Source: a virus (taxonomy: Duplodnaviria; Caudoviricetes). From it: a stretch of 64,000 nucleotides of DNA. Numbering within the stretch: the stretch's first letter is position 1; the number at the start of each line of letters is the position of its first letter. The translations under genes were made by a program, and so were the position numbers. The notes beneath the pieces are model-generated. The model was not told the DNA's origin, did no database searches, and saw nothing but the letters and a program-made list of their open reading frames with translations. Positions 18,517 to 29,111 of this stretch are shown piece by piece. The DNA is taken from IMG/VR virus record IMGVR_UViG_3300031760_000001, positions 180,785-244,784 of that record. One strand, 5' to 3'.

Positions 18517-20580
18517 TTATCTCATCTCGTTGATGTCCCAGTGCATCAAACCATCGCACTTGATAGCACCATAATATCTGTTGTTAACGAGTTTCTTCGC
18601 ATAACGTGTGCAGATACCCTTGATAGGAGCAAAGTTGAATGGGTTGTACATGGTTGGGGTAAGTGCCATAGGAACGTATGGAGCGTAGATGTAACCAGTG
18701 TCAAGCAAGCTTGTACCGTGGTGACCCATAATCAATGACCAGTGTGGAGCATATGGGTCAACAGTTACGTTGTAACGGCCCTGGAGAGCACCGATTTTCT
18801 CAATACCCATGTTGTAAGTGTCGCTTTCTGCGCTAGCGTCAGTTACGTGGAAGTATTCGAGGTCGTTCAAAACAGCGCTGATTTCAGCTGAAACGATAAT
18901 CCAGTTTGCACCACCACGAAGGGTTGATTTCTGAATCTGAGCACTGATTTGGTTAATCTTAGTCATAATTGTCTGGTTCCAGTCTTTCTGTGTGTAAACA
19001 GTTGAAGTGGTACCAAGTCTCTGCCAACCGTTGTAGTCCCAACGAGCAGTCCAAGGAGCGCTCTTACGGATGTCACGGAGGATTTCGCGGTCGATTTCAG
19101 CAGCAATCTGCTCTGAAAGGATAGCGGTCAATTCAGCCTCTGCGTCAAGGTTGTGGAATGCGCTAACGTCCTGAGCAAGTTCTGGTGACCAGGTTGCACG
19201 GAGTTTACGTTCCTCAACAGCAACGTCAACTGAAGTAAGCTGGAAGCTGACCTCACCCATTTCAGTTTCAAGCTCAAGGCTGTCATATGAACACCAAGCA
19301 ATCTTGAAGAAACCATCAATTGGGTCAGTAAGTTTGGTAAGGTCTGCCAATGCAGGTGACTGTGGGTCAATACCAATGTAACCGTCAAGACTCAAACCTT
19401 GTTTTGTAGCAGGTTTAGTGAGGTCAAGTTCGATGTACATGTTACCGTTAGCGTCAGCAACTTCCTGTTGATTCCAGTTTACGAGCTGGTCGCCGTATTT
19501 CTGGGTAACAACGCGGAACTGAATACTTTCATTAGCTGCGAAAGTTGAGAAGTCACCAGTTGTTTTGGTGATAGGTTGTGAAGCAATAACTTTCAATGAA
19601 GCCAAGAAAGCCTCGGTGTCCATTTCATTGCCGTCAGGACCAGTAAGGTGACCTGCATTGTATGAATGGAAACCACTAAGTTCAACTAAAAGTGAACGGA
19701 CTGAACCATCCTGTGCATAAACTGGAATGGTGCTGATTTTCTGATATGAACCGTCTGGGGCAATCTGAACAGGAACTGCTGTACCCATGCAGATAGTGAT
19801 TTTACCCTTTGAATTGTCATACAAGAAATCGTTGTAGAAGAGGTCATAAAGGGTCTTCTTCATGTACTGAGTAACGATTGGCTCAACAACACCTTTACCA
19901 ATAAGCTCTAAAGTCTTACCAGTTGTGTCATAAGTGTTCTTACTACCGTCAGGTCTTACTGATGGTTTGTTGATTTCATAGTAATCAGTACCATCTGTCC
20001 AAACGCGAACACCGTCTTCTTTAACGAAGTATTGTTCAACTTTAGTGATACCTTCACCCTGAACTGTTACACTCTCATCTGGGAGGTAGTAACGGTTATT
20101 CTGGGCACCGCCATTACCAATCATGTTGTGCTTAGCGTCATATGAATAAGCGTTACGGTCAGTTCTTTCATAACCCATAAGACCACGATGACGACCAGTG
20201 TCACCAGCAGTAAGCTGACCTGGAGTCTGGAAGTTCCATTCGCGCTCTGAAGTAACAGGTTTAATGTAGAACAACTTACCGATAGGAAGGTTCATAGCCT
20301 GAACTGAAACGATGTCGTTAGCAAGGAGCTTGCTGAATACACGACGGATAAGTGGGAAAACAACAGTTTCAAATGAACCACTGTTGTCAGAAGCGGTAGC
20401 TTCTCTCAAAAGGTGTTTAGCCTGGTTCTCATAAAGGGTAGCAACAGTCTCTTTAATGTTGCCTTCAAGACCCTTGACCAATCCAAGGCGGTCCCAACGT
20501 GCCTGGATGTCTTCTCTGATTTTTTTCTGTGCGTTGAGCTCAATGTTGCCAACTGCACCTGATGTGAGTAATTCTCTCAT
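18517..20580 (-). CDS. Major capsid protein (T4 gp23 family) with large insertion
   Basis: LYENQ, PLIRRV..KLLANDIVSVQAM..P.G, RKLRATWSPELAQD..AFH.LDAEAEL, EIDREI, GYIYAPYVP, TRYA. Confidence 0.96.
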   Translation of the reverse strand: MRELLTSGAVGNIELNAQKKIREDIQARWDRLGLVKGLEGNIKETVATLYENQAKHLLREATASDNSGSFETVVFPLIRRVFSKLLANDIVSVQAMNLPIGKLFYIKPVTSEREWNFQTPGQLTAGDTGRHRGLMGYERTDRNAYSYDAKHNMIGNGGAQNNRYYLPDESVTVQGEGITKVEQYFVKEDGVRVWTDGTDYYEINKPSVRPDGSKNTYDTTGKTLELIGKGVVEPIVTQYMKKTLYDLFYNDFLYDNSKGKITICMGTAVPVQIAPDGSYQKISTIPVYAQDGSVRSLLVELSGFHSYNAGHLTGPDGNEMDTEAFLASLKVIASQPITKTTGDFSTFAANESIQFRVVTQKYGDQLVNWNQQEVADANGNMYIELDLTKPATKQGLSLDGYIGIDPQSPALADLTKLTDPIDGFFKIAWCSYDSLELETEMGEVSFQLTSVDVAVEERKLRATWSPELAQDVSAFHNLDAEAELTAILSEQIAAEIDREILRDIRKSAPWTARWDYNGWQRLGTTSTVYTQKDWNQTIMTKINQISAQIQKSTLRGGANWIIVSAEISAVLNDLEYFHVTDASAESDTYNMGIEKIGALQGRYNVTVDPYAPHWSLIMGHHGTSLLDTGYIYAPYVPMALTPTMYNPFNFAPIKGICTRYAKKLVNNRYYGAIKCDGLMHWDINEMR

Positions 20581-20612
20581 AATATTATTTCCTTTTTTTA
20601 TTCGTTATAATT

Positions 20613-20620
20613 TATAAATA
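20613..20620 (-). promoter_or_regulatory. Class C motif TATTTATA upstream of capsid gene
   Basis: 32 nt upstream of the ATG. Confidence 0.65.
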
Positions 20621-20641
20621 TTACCTGTTTGCAAAAAGTTA

Positions 20642-22330
20642 TTATTTGCCAAGTCTCATAAGTCTTTCGTTGAGGTCAAGGATTTTGTTCAAGTCCTCTG
20701 ACTGGTTGAGCATATTAGTCTCGACAATCATATTCTTGTTCTGACCTTTGGCTTCTGACAACTGTTTGTCAAGCAAGTTGCTGTTGTTAACTTTGTGTGC
20801 GCTTTTCAGCTCGGTTGAAATCTGGCTGTAAAGGTTCTTGCACTCGTTAAGCGATTGTACTTTGTTAAAGCGATTCAAGATATTAATCTTTTCCTCTCTT
20901 GATGTAGCGTTTTCGGTTATAAGCTTGATGACTTTTGCTAAACTTGCGTTGATAAGGACAGCTTCGTTAAGCTGCTGCTTAATCTGGGCTGCGATATCTT
21001 TCAGTTCTTTGTTTTCGGCAAGTACAGCGCTAGCCTGTCTTTCGATAGCCGCAATTCTGTTCTTGTTTTCGTCAACTTCTTTGTAGCCATCGCCAGTACC
21101 TCTAAATTTGCTTGGCTCTTCGGCATTGTGGTGACCGTTTCTGATTTGACCACGGTCAGTATCATTACCTCTTTGTTTACGGGTAACACCACGACCGAAA
21201 CCACCATGTCTGCCACTTGTGCTGCTAGCAGCTTCATCAACTGGCATGTCAGGTGTGTTAGGCATATTCATCTCAACCTCGAAAATGGTTTCTTCGTTGC
21301 ACTCATTGTTGCACTCATTGTTACCACATTCGTCAGTGTTTTCACTCATAGGTTGTTTGGTTTTCTGTGAATATGGGTTACCGCCATTCTGACCATCGTG
21401 TCCTACCCAGCGTTTCTTGTTGTTAGCACCGCCTTTAGGAGCACCGTCGTCGAAACGGCTGTCGCCTTCACCTTCGCCTTTATCGGTTGGCATAGTCATC
21501 GCTGATTTGTTCTGATAATTGTCAGTATAACCTAAATTAACATTACCTTCATTTACCATGTCGTCATTTTGTGTTTCGTCATTATCATCGCCAAGTTCGA
21601 GTTCGAATGTCGTTTCACCGTCCTCGCCCTGGTTGTCACTTTCGATATTTCCCAAATCAATGTCATCCATCATACCTTCGCCACCCTCAGTGCCTTCTGG
21701 ACTCATACCATCGTCACCGTCAATAGCGTTGCCTTCTGGATTCATATCATTTTCGAAATCGTTTGGCTCGGCATTGTCGCCGTCATCGGTTATATCAATG
21801 ACAAATTCAGTGTCACCGTCCTCGGTCTCAACTGTTGCAGTCTCGTCATCATTTTTGATGAAGCGAAGACCGTCACCAGGTTCCATATTCTGGATGACCT
21901 TCAAAACTGTCTTGATATCTTTTCCTCTCAGGTCGTATTCACCGTCACTGTCCATACAGTCAGAAATCTCGTCCCAAACATCACCACCTTCGGCATTGGC
22001 ATCGCATTCGCCGCCTTCGCAAGCGTCAGCATTGTCGTTACCGCTTTCCAGGTCAACATTGACATCAGCGTTATCACCTTCTGGTGCAGCACCTTCGTCG
22101 TTGTTGTCATTTTCAGGCTCGGCATTGAACTCAGGCTGGTCGGTGTCAACCTCTTCTTCGTAAGAATCATTATCAGATTCAGCAAGCATTTGTCTCAAAC
22201 TCCTGTTAACCTTCTCGTCAAGCAAAGAACTTAAAGACTCTTTTGTAGATTCCTCAAGTACCTTAGCCATAGCGTCTTTGTCAGCTACAAGACTTTTGAT
22301 ATACTTAGTTCTAATTTCTTTCTTAGCCAT
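20642..22330 (-). CDS. Prohead scaffold/core protein
   Basis: Very acidic, C-terminal coiled coil, directly upstream of the capsid gene, many (L/I/V)xE sites. Confidence 0.7.
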   Translation of the reverse strand: MAKKEIRTKYIKSLVADKDAMAKVLEESTKESLSSLLDEKVNRSLRQMLAESDNDSYEEEVDTDQPEFNAEPENDNNDEGAAPEGDNADVNVDLESGNDNADACEGGECDANAEGGDVWDEISDCMDSDGEYDLRGKDIKTVLKVIQNMEPGDGLRFIKNDDETATVETEDGDTEFVIDITDDGDNAEPNDFENDMNPEGNAIDGDDGMSPEGTEGGEGMMDDIDLGNIESDNQGEDGETTFELELGDDNDETQNDDMVNEGNVNLGYTDNYQNKSAMTMPTDKGEGEGDSRFDDGAPKGGANNKKRWVGHDGQNGGNPYSQKTKQPMSENTDECGNNECNNECNEETIFEVEMNMPNTPDMPVDEAASSTSGRHGGFGRGVTRKQRGNDTDRGQIRNGHHNAEEPSKFRGTGDGYKEVDENKNRIAAIERQASAVLAENKELKDIAAQIKQQLNEAVLINASLAKVIKLITENATSREEKINILNRFNKVQSLNECKNLYSQISTELKSAHKVNNSNLLDKQLSEAKGQNKNMIVETNMLNQSEDLNKILDLNERLMRLGK

Positions 22331-22360
22331 TTTTTATCAATATAAGATTATTATTTTAAT

Positions 22361-22368
22361 TATAAATA
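22361..22368 (-). promoter_or_regulatory. Class C motif (AC)TATTTATA
   Basis: 30 nt upstream of the scaffold ATG. Confidence 0.65.
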
Positions 22369-22466
22369 GTGTGTATTTTAAAAAATTATATCCAAATAGT
22401 ATATTTTTATACGTTTGTGTAAAATATTTACAATGTTACTGGACATTTTAGCTAATTTAATATGTT

Positions 22467-25400
22467 CTATTCAAAGGTAAAAGTATCACTTGTTGTACCG
22501 ACATCAACCCTCACAACGTCACCACTACTGAAGTTTCTGGTAGTAAATACAGCTATGTGGTCTGTTACAGTAACTGTCTCTATAAATGTGTTGTTTACAT
22601 ATAATGATGCGGAATTTCCAGCGTTTGTGTAGCATTTAATCACCCTGTCTGTCATTCTTGTATAGTCTTTTCCACAAATATGAACAAACAACTGTGAACT
22701 CCACTCCGCTTTATAAATATAGAAAGTGTCTTTTTTTGTTATATGGTCTCTTTCAACCAAACCTTTGTTGTTCAGTCTTCTCAATTCATCATCAGTCGAT
22801 GTTGTCTCACCGTCAAGACAAACCGTGTATCCTTCATTTCTGCTGGAAACCGCAATATCAAACAACTGCCATTGTGATGTGAACAACAACTGTGGGAAAT
22901 TCCTGATTGCAGTAATATGTCCCTCATGTAGCCACATCTGGTATTCAATATCATGACGTTCATAATTACCTTTTGTTGTGGTTGTCTGCGGGTCTTCCGA
23001 GTGGCAATTCTGTGTACCTCCAGCGCCATATTCGGAAAAGGCTAGTGGTTTATGTAGATTGGTTATGATGTTTGCCACACGGGTGTTAAGCTGTGATGTT
23101 GGGTCGTTCGACGCTTTGTCGATATACCAGCCAACATATATGTTACAACCAAACCAATCCACGTTCGGGTTGTTGTAATATGAACTTGGGTTGTTGTAAC
23201 TATGTGACATTACATAACCAACAAGACGTTCTGTATCCAAAGATTTAATCAGTGTTGTATAATATTCAATCTTGGTTTTTGCAAAATCCTTGTCATCGGT
23301 TGTAGTCTCATTACTTAATCCCCAGAACATTATACAAGGGTGATTGAAGTGCTGGTTGACCATATCCGTATATTGTGTTTCAAGGTGTGTGTAATAGTCA
23401 GTAGGCATTGTTGACTGCAGTTTGTTTACACAAGGGGCTTCCGTCTGGACAATAATGCCGAGTTGGTCACACCTATCATAAACCTCTTTCGGGTGTGGAT
23501 AGTGGGCCAGACGCAAGAAATTACATCCAAGTTCCTGGATAATGGCAAACTCCTGTGTATAATCCGAATCAGTCAATGCGTTGGCTTTTCCAGCCAGGTC
23601 ATCGTGCATACAGACACCTCTTAGATAATAAGGGGAACCATTCAATAAGAATCCAGTGTACGACTGTCCCTGTATAACTGTTGTGTCATTGATTACATAG
23701 CTATAGTATCTTAAACCATACGGCCTTGAATAACTGTGGTACAAATCATCATCCTTATATATTTCCATTGTAATGGTATAAAGGTGTGGGTCGGTTGTAC
23801 CGTTCCAAAGGTGTGGATTTGATATTGTGGCTGTGAATTTCTGTTCGAGGCCAGTACTATCATCTTCATCACTCCATGTATATGTGCCGTCTGTGATTGT
23901 GCATACAATAGTTGCACCCACTGGCACGGTGGTTATCACGTTTATCGTCGCCGATGAAGATGTAACGGTTGAAGTGACATGGAAGCCGTCATAACCGTAT
24001 TTCATATCAGGCAAATATGGACTTGTGAATAATTTCACATTGCCTAACGTTGCATTGAAGTTGAAGTCACCAGATGCTGGAGCCAAATAGTTTCCTTCAT
24101 TGTTCTTCAAAGCCACTTTAATATTGTTTGTCCCTCTGTGTACATAACTTGATATATCCACAAAGAATGCTGTATATCCACCCCAGTGTTTTTCAACCAG
24201 AGTGTTGTCCACATATACCGATGCTGACTGGTCTGCGTGTTGGAACCACAAATAAGCTGGATTTACATCGTGTAAATTGAAACTTGTCTCGAAATTAAAC
24301 GTACCTTTAGCATAACTGCCAGAATGGCCGTCAATCCTGTTTACGGAATAGGGGGCTGTTATTGTCTGGTTGTTGTATGTCCATGAGCTTAATGTCTTGT
24401 TTGATTTTTGATATGGAGTTTCTTCCACATATTCACAGTTCATCGACACAACTGGACTGGTCTGTGAATCCAGCTCTGAATAAGCTTCGACATATGTTGT
24501 GGCATTAATCAAAATCGGGTCGGTATACAGAATATATCCACCAGTCTGGTTTAATTTGTAATATATACTGGCACCAGGAGTGTCACAGTCTATACTAATC
24601 TCTTCACCATCAAATGAAATTTCTGGTGTTAATAACAAAATATTATCATACACAGCCCAGTTTGTTGGAATACCACTCTGACTCCTTGCCCAGGTTACAT
24701 TTTCGGCTTTGACAAAATTACCTGAAGATGCAACATTCTGAGTCCAATTGGAACAATTGCTCGTAGATACCCCAGAAGTTGCCATACATTTAATATAATT
24801 AAGATTACTACAACCAATAAACATGGCATAATAAGCTTGACTTGGTATTGTTGTTGCAAGAAGGTCTGGCGCTGTTGTAAATGCACACTCTTCAAACATA
24901 TAGTAATAACAACCTGTAGACAATGTTGTTGCAGGTAACGCTGGCGGCGTATCCAATAACGTTGCTTTACTGAACATTGCACGATAACAGTAGTTAGTCA
25001 ATGTTGTAGCTGGCAATATCAAATTTTCAGCTGAAATTACTTTCGATAATTTAAACATTGAACAGAAATTATATGTTCCTGTCAATATATTGTTTCCAAT
25101 AAAGTTATCGCCATATACCATTGACATTATATTGCCTTCAACATCAAACTCAGCTGTACCTCCTTCAAATCCAGAGTAGTTACTCTTGTCTTTTGCATAA
25201 GAAGTATTTGTTCCTTTGAATCTGACAACATCACCGCTTGTGACATTTATAGTTGTAGGTGTGGATGTTGCAGTTATCTCAGTCCATGTTCCTCCGTTAA
25301 CACTGTATTGAATTGTTTTGGCTTGACCTGAACCAATTGACTTCCAAGCAATTGTTCCATCACTTAATACTCTGAATGTTAAATAGTCACTACTGTAATC

Positions 25401-28304
25401 ATGTGTTGGTTCATATTCACATGTTTCGGTGACTGTCTGGCTTGTCTGGTTTCTGTAAGTTGAATAAGCCTCAACAACAGTGTCTTCTGTTATTGGTATT
25501 TGTTGTGTATATAATGAGAATTCACCAGTTTCATTAAGTCTGTAATAAATTTCAGACCTATTGGTAGCACAGGTTATTGTTACTAATTGTCCATCACATG
25601 TTATAACAGGGCTGGCCAATACTACTGGGACATACACACAGGTTTCTTTTACAACCTCACTGCTTCGTCCGTCGACTGTTGAATAAGCTTCAACAACAGT
25701 GGTTGCATATATATTTATAGGATTTTCATATAATATATAACTACCAGTTTCATTTAATCTATAATAAATGTCAACACTAGGTGTTTCACAGTTTATGTAA
25801 ACCATCTCACCATCACAACTTATCGTCGGTTCCTCAATCTGGTCATCATATATACAAGTTTCCTTAACAATTTCACTGGTGTTGCTGTTAAGTGTTGAAT
25901 AAGCCTCAACAACGGTATCTGTGAAAATTTCTATCGGTGTTGTGTAAAGAGAATATGAACCATATTCATTAAGTCTGTAGTATATACTTGCACCAGCTGT
26001 CGGGCAGGTTATTGAAACCTGCATACCGTCACAAGTGATGACTGGCTCATCCAATACCTTTGATAATTTCGTGATTGAGAATTCGGATACATTGATGTTC
26101 GAATAACGATAAGGGTCACCGTTTGCATCCAAAGCATGTCCAATACAAACTGTAAGATATTGAAGTTCAGGTAGGTCTGGAAACACCTTACTAGCTTGAT
26201 ATATGGTTGTATCATTAATCAAATCCTTTGCAACAAAATTATTGCTTGCAGCCGTTGGGTCATATATAATTTCAATGTCATATTCACCAACATTGGTAGA
26301 AATGTTTCTTGCGGGTAAAATGGTTGTATTTGTATTACTGCCAGTTGAAAACTGGGTACCCAATATAATGTTTTTGGTTGTGTTTGATTGCCTCAACTGG
26401 AAACCATACCAAGGTTCTGGTGTGGCACGTTTCATTGTAAGAATGTTGTGGTGGTTTTCATTCTGGTTTGGTGGTTGGTGGGCAAAATCAATTGTAAAAT
26501 GAATGTGTGTCCTGAATCCCTCCGTTACATCGAAACCATAGAATTCAGTGTTTACACCATCACCATTAAATGTTTTTTCACCACTGGTGCTGTCACTGGT
26601 GTCAATATCATAACCAGTCACGGTTGGGTCTCCATTCTCGTCATACTCAATATTCTGGATTGAATTGTTACCATCACTATCAACATTCTTGTTTGTGGTA
26701 TCCGTAGGGTCACCGTCAGCGTTGTAGTTGGTTGTTGATGAAGTTGATGAGCCATCAGTGTTTTCTGTGGTTGTGTTTGTCTGTGTACCACTTACATCAC
26801 CATTCTCGTCATAATTGGTTGTATTGGTATTTGAAGTCACAGAACCAGTCTCTGGGTCTGGAGCTGATGTGGTTGTTGTAGATTCACTTGAAGTACCGTC
26901 AATGTTGGTTGTTGTTGACGAACTTGATGATGAACCATCGGTGTTCGTGGTTGTCTCTGTTGTTGTCTGGCTGGTTGAACCATCTACGTTTGTTGTGGTT
27001 GACGTACTTTCAGTTGTTGTTACACCAGTGCTTGGGTCTGTTGTTTCTGTTGTGGTTGTCTCGGTTACAGAACCGTCTGGGTTGATAACAGTTTCCTGGG
27101 TTGTATTGGCTTGATACACCACTTCAACATCCTTTGTTTTTGTTAACCCATTAAAAACAGCCTGGATTGTTATATTGCCAGATTGTAATATGGTAATTTC
27201 ACCATGTTCATTAATAGTGGCATTTGAACCACCAGCTATGATGCTCCATGTCGGTACACACTCATTGTTATTATATGTGGCAACGCAAGTACCAGAAGTA
27301 CCAGTAATTGTATCTGGACATGAAATCACAAGTTGGTTGTCATATGAAATTTCAATTGTTTTCTGGTCGGTGTATACATCATATGTCGCTTGAATGGTAA
27401 TGTTCTGGCTCACAGTTCCAGGTGCAATATCAACACGTCCGTATTGAGTCAGTGTTGCATACTGACCACCATTCAACAGCACCCATTGTGCGTTAACTTG
27501 ATTTCCGTCATATTTTGCTTGGAGATTGAAGTTCTTTCCAGTATATTCATCTGGACCGACAATTTGATAGTCATGTGCCACACTACCAGGATAACCAACT
27601 ACCTTATACAACACTCTACCGTCCGTGTTGGCTGATGTTGTTGCTGTTCCATACAATGATGTTGTTCTAGTGAATATTATGCTTGTTTTATCACCAGACA
27701 CAGCTGCTGTAACAGCTAATAACCTATTTCGATTGTTTGGATTTTGAAGTACGGCTGAACCAATGAAATGTCCGAACGGACTTTGGTTCATACCACTTAA
27801 ATCTATGTTTATTACACTTGATGCTGTTGTGTCGGAGCCAGTTCCACCAGAACGGATATACAGTTTCAGTTTTTGGTATTTTTCCAAATTCAAACCAGTA
27901 ATCTGCCAACTTGGTGTTTGTGACATATCCGTTTCAGTTGCCAGTTTTCCGTCACTTACGGTCTGTGCTTGCCACACAACCTCTGGCTTGTCCTTTGACA
28001 ATGTGTATATACATTTAGCCGATGGGTATTGGTCATGTGTTGAAGCCGAAGATAATGAAGTGACCTTGTTTATCAATTGTTCAAATGAACCCAAACTTAT
28101 AGTTATTGTGCTGCTGTCTACTTTGGTCAATGTCAAAATGCCAGTCACTGGGTCCAATGAAGCGTCTTTTATGTCAGAGCTGAAACAGTCTCCGCCGACA
28201 TATATGTTTCCAGTATTGTTGTCGAACACAACAACACCGTCTACAGCGTCAGTCGCTGAGTTATAGTTTTTCTTTCTTAAAATGATTCTCTTATTTGATG
28301 GCAT
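22467..28304 (-). CDS. 1945-aa multidomain protein: shared N-terminal module, Ig-like region, Thr-rich repeats, Fn3-associated repeats, BspA-like LRR, C-terminal GH2 glycosidase
   Basis: GH2 motifs H.GGYTAF, LNG.PYYLRGVCMH, LRLAHYP, CDQLGI.V..E, NHPCI.FWGLSNE, SEYGAG, NNKGLV; four P.I.CDG..V.I.C.T..A.IYY repeats; ATTL..CY..MF repeats. Confidence 0.88.
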   Translation of the reverse strand: MPSNKRIILRKKNYNSATDAVDGVVVFDNNTGNIYVGGDCFSSDIKDASLDPVTGILTLTKVDSSTITISLGSFEQLINKVTSLSSASTHDQYPSAKCIYTLSKDKPEVVWQAQTVSDGKLATETDMSQTPSWQITGLNLEKYQKLKLYIRSGGTGSDTTASSVINIDLSGMNQSPFGHFIGSAVLQNPNNRNRLLAVTAAVSGDKTSIIFTRTTSLYGTATTSANTDGRVLYKVVGYPGSVAHDYQIVGPDEYTGKNFNLQAKYDGNQVNAQWVLLNGGQYATLTQYGRVDIAPGTVSQNITIQATYDVYTDQKTIEISYDNQLVISCPDTITGTSGTCVATYNNNECVPTWSIIAGGSNATINEHGEITILQSGNITIQAVFNGLTKTKDVEVVYQANTTQETVINPDGSVTETTTTETTDPSTGVTTTESTSTTTNVDGSTSQTTTETTTNTDGSSSSSSTTTNIDGTSSESTTTTSAPDPETGSVTSNTNTTNYDENGDVSGTQTNTTTENTDGSSTSSTTNYNADGDPTDTTNKNVDSDGNNSIQNIEYDENGDPTVTGYDIDTSDSTSGEKTFNGDGVNTEFYGFDVTEGFRTHIHFTIDFAHQPPNQNENHHNILTMKRATPEPWYGFQLRQSNTTKNIILGTQFSTGSNTNTTILPARNISTNVGEYDIEIIYDPTAASNNFVAKDLINDTTIYQASKVFPDLPELQYLTVCIGHALDANGDPYRYSNINVSEFSITKLSKVLDEPVITCDGMQVSITCPTAGASIYYRLNEYGSYSLYTTPIEIFTDTVVEAYSTLNSNTSEIVKETCIYDDQIEEPTISCDGEMVYINCETPSVDIYYRLNETGSYILYENPINIYATTVVEAYSTVDGRSSEVVKETCVYVPVVLASPVITCDGQLVTITCATNRSEIYYRLNETGEFSLYTQQIPITEDTVVEAYSTYRNQTSQTVTETCEYEPTHDYSSDYLTFRVLSDGTIAWKSIGSGQAKTIQYSVNGGTWTEITATSTPTTINVTSGDVVRFKGTNTSYAKDKSNYSGFEGGTAEFDVEGNIMSMVYGDNFIGNNILTGTYNFCSMFKLSKVISAENLILPATTLTNYCYRAMFSKATLLDTPPALPATTLSTGCYYYMFEECAFTTAPDLLATTIPSQAYYAMFIGCSNLNYIKCMATSGVSTSNCSNWTQNVASSGNFVKAENVTWARSQSGIPTNWAVYDNILLLTPEISFDGEEISIDCDTPGASIYYKLNQTGGYILYTDPILINATTYVEAYSELDSQTSPVVSMNCEYVEETPYQKSNKTLSSWTYNNQTITAPYSVNRIDGHSGSYAKGTFNFETSFNLHDVNPAYLWFQHADQSASVYVDNTLVEKHWGGYTAFFVDISSYVHRGTNNIKVALKNNEGNYLAPASGDFNFNATLGNVKLFTSPYLPDMKYGYDGFHVTSTVTSSSATINVITTVPVGATIVCTITDGTYTWSDEDDSTGLEQKFTATISNPHLWNGTTDPHLYTITMEIYKDDDLYHSYSRPYGLRYYSYVINDTTVIQGQSYTGFLLNGSPYYLRGVCMHDDLAGKANALTDSDYTQEFAIIQELGCNFLRLAHYPHPKEVYDRCDQLGIIVQTEAPCVNKLQSTMPTDYYTHLETQYTDMVNQHFNHPCIMFWGLSNETTTDDKDFAKTKIEYYTTLIKSLDTERLVGYVMSHSYNNPSSYYNNPNVDWFGCNIYVGWYIDKASNDPTSQLNTRVANIITNLHKPLAFSEYGAGGTQNCHSEDPQTTTTKGNYERHDIEYQMWLHEGHITAIRNFPQLLFTSQWQLFDIAVSSRNEGYTVCLDGETTSTDDELRRLNNKGLVERDHITKKDTFYIYKAEWSSQLFVHICGKDYTRMTDRVIKCYTNAGNSASLYVNNTFIETVTVTDHIAVFTTRNFSSGDVVRVDVGTTSDTFTFE
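26590..27100 (-). repeat. Thr/Ser-rich imperfect repeats (TTTNxDGS.S..TT) within the giant ORF
   Basis: Recurrent N.DGS/T turns in the translation. Confidence 0.7.
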
Positions 28305-28322
28305 AAAATATGAATTAATATT

Positions 28323-29048
28323 TTAATCGTAATATCCAACGATTTTGTACATAATCCTACCGTTGTTGTTTGCGTCGGTCGCTTCAGTACCATACAATGA
28401 TGTGCACCTGCTGAACAATACACTTGTCTTGTTTTCCGATATAGCAACCGATACCGCTAATAGCCGATTCCTGTCGTTTGGAGCTTGTACCACAGCGGAA
28501 CCAATAAAATGTCCGAATGAACTCTTGTTCATGTTGTCCAGGTCTATTTCAACCACAATTGATGGGGTATAGCTTACATTGGCACTCCCACCAGCTCTGA
28601 TATATACTTCAACATACTTGAAACCACTCATATCCAAGCCAGTCAATTGCCAATTAGGGTTTTGTGATATGTCTGTTTCTGCTGCTAAAATACCTTCAGA
28701 CGATGTTGTGGCTTGCCAAACAACAACTGGTTTCAACCTGATACTGTCATACACACATTTGGCTGACGGATATTGTGTATCCGTTGAAGCGGCTGACAAT
28801 GATGTCACTTTGTTCGATGTCTGTTCAAATGAAGCCAGGTTTACTGTTATAGTACTGTTATCGGCTTTCGTGATAGTCAACACACCAGTGTTTTGATTCA
28901 ATGAAGCATCTGTAACCTCAGAACTGAAACAGTCGCCACCGACATATATTTTACCAGTAGCGTTGTCGAACACAACAACACCGTTAACAGCGTCGGTTGA
29001 GGCGTTATATACTTTCTTTCTTAATTTTAATTGTACATTAGTCGACAT
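28323..29048 (-). CDS. Stand-alone paralog of the N-terminal ~240 aa of the GH2 giant
   Basis: Shared RKK.YN..TDAV.GVVVFDN.TG.IYVGGDCFSS, NKVTSLS.AST..QYPSAKC, FGHFIGSAV.Q.PN.RNRLLAV, YK.VGY. Confidence 0.8.
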   Translation of the reverse strand: MSTNVQLKLRKKVYNASTDAVNGVVVFDNATGKIYVGGDCFSSEVTDASLNQNTGVLTITKADNSTITVNLASFEQTSNKVTSLSAASTDTQYPSAKCVYDSIRLKPVVVWQATTSSEGILAAETDISQNPNWQLTGLDMSGFKYVEVYIRAGGSANVSYTPSIVVEIDLDNMNKSSFGHFIGSAVVQAPNDRNRLLAVSVAISENKTSVLFSRCTSLYGTEATDANNNGRIMYKIVGYYD

Positions 29049-29072
29049 AATATGATGCAATTTATACTATTA

Positions 29073-29080
29073 TATAAATA
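29073..29080 (-). promoter_or_regulatory. Class C motif TATTTATA
   Basis: 24 nt upstream of ATG 29048. Confidence 0.6.
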
Positions 29081-29111
29081 TAATATTTTATATTAATTTT
29101 ATCAAGAAAAT

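Noticed and set aside
21558-22234. Long antisense ORFs here and opposite other genes (e.g. 11229-11945, 41681-42391, 50249-51112)
   Set aside because: Shadows of codon-biased or low-complexity real genes on the other strand; no motifs or promoters.
25400-27100. Repeats as a CRISPR array or DGR template/variable pair
   Set aside because: They are in-frame protein repeats with scattered divergence; no constant repeat-spacer pattern and no reverse transcriptase in the window.
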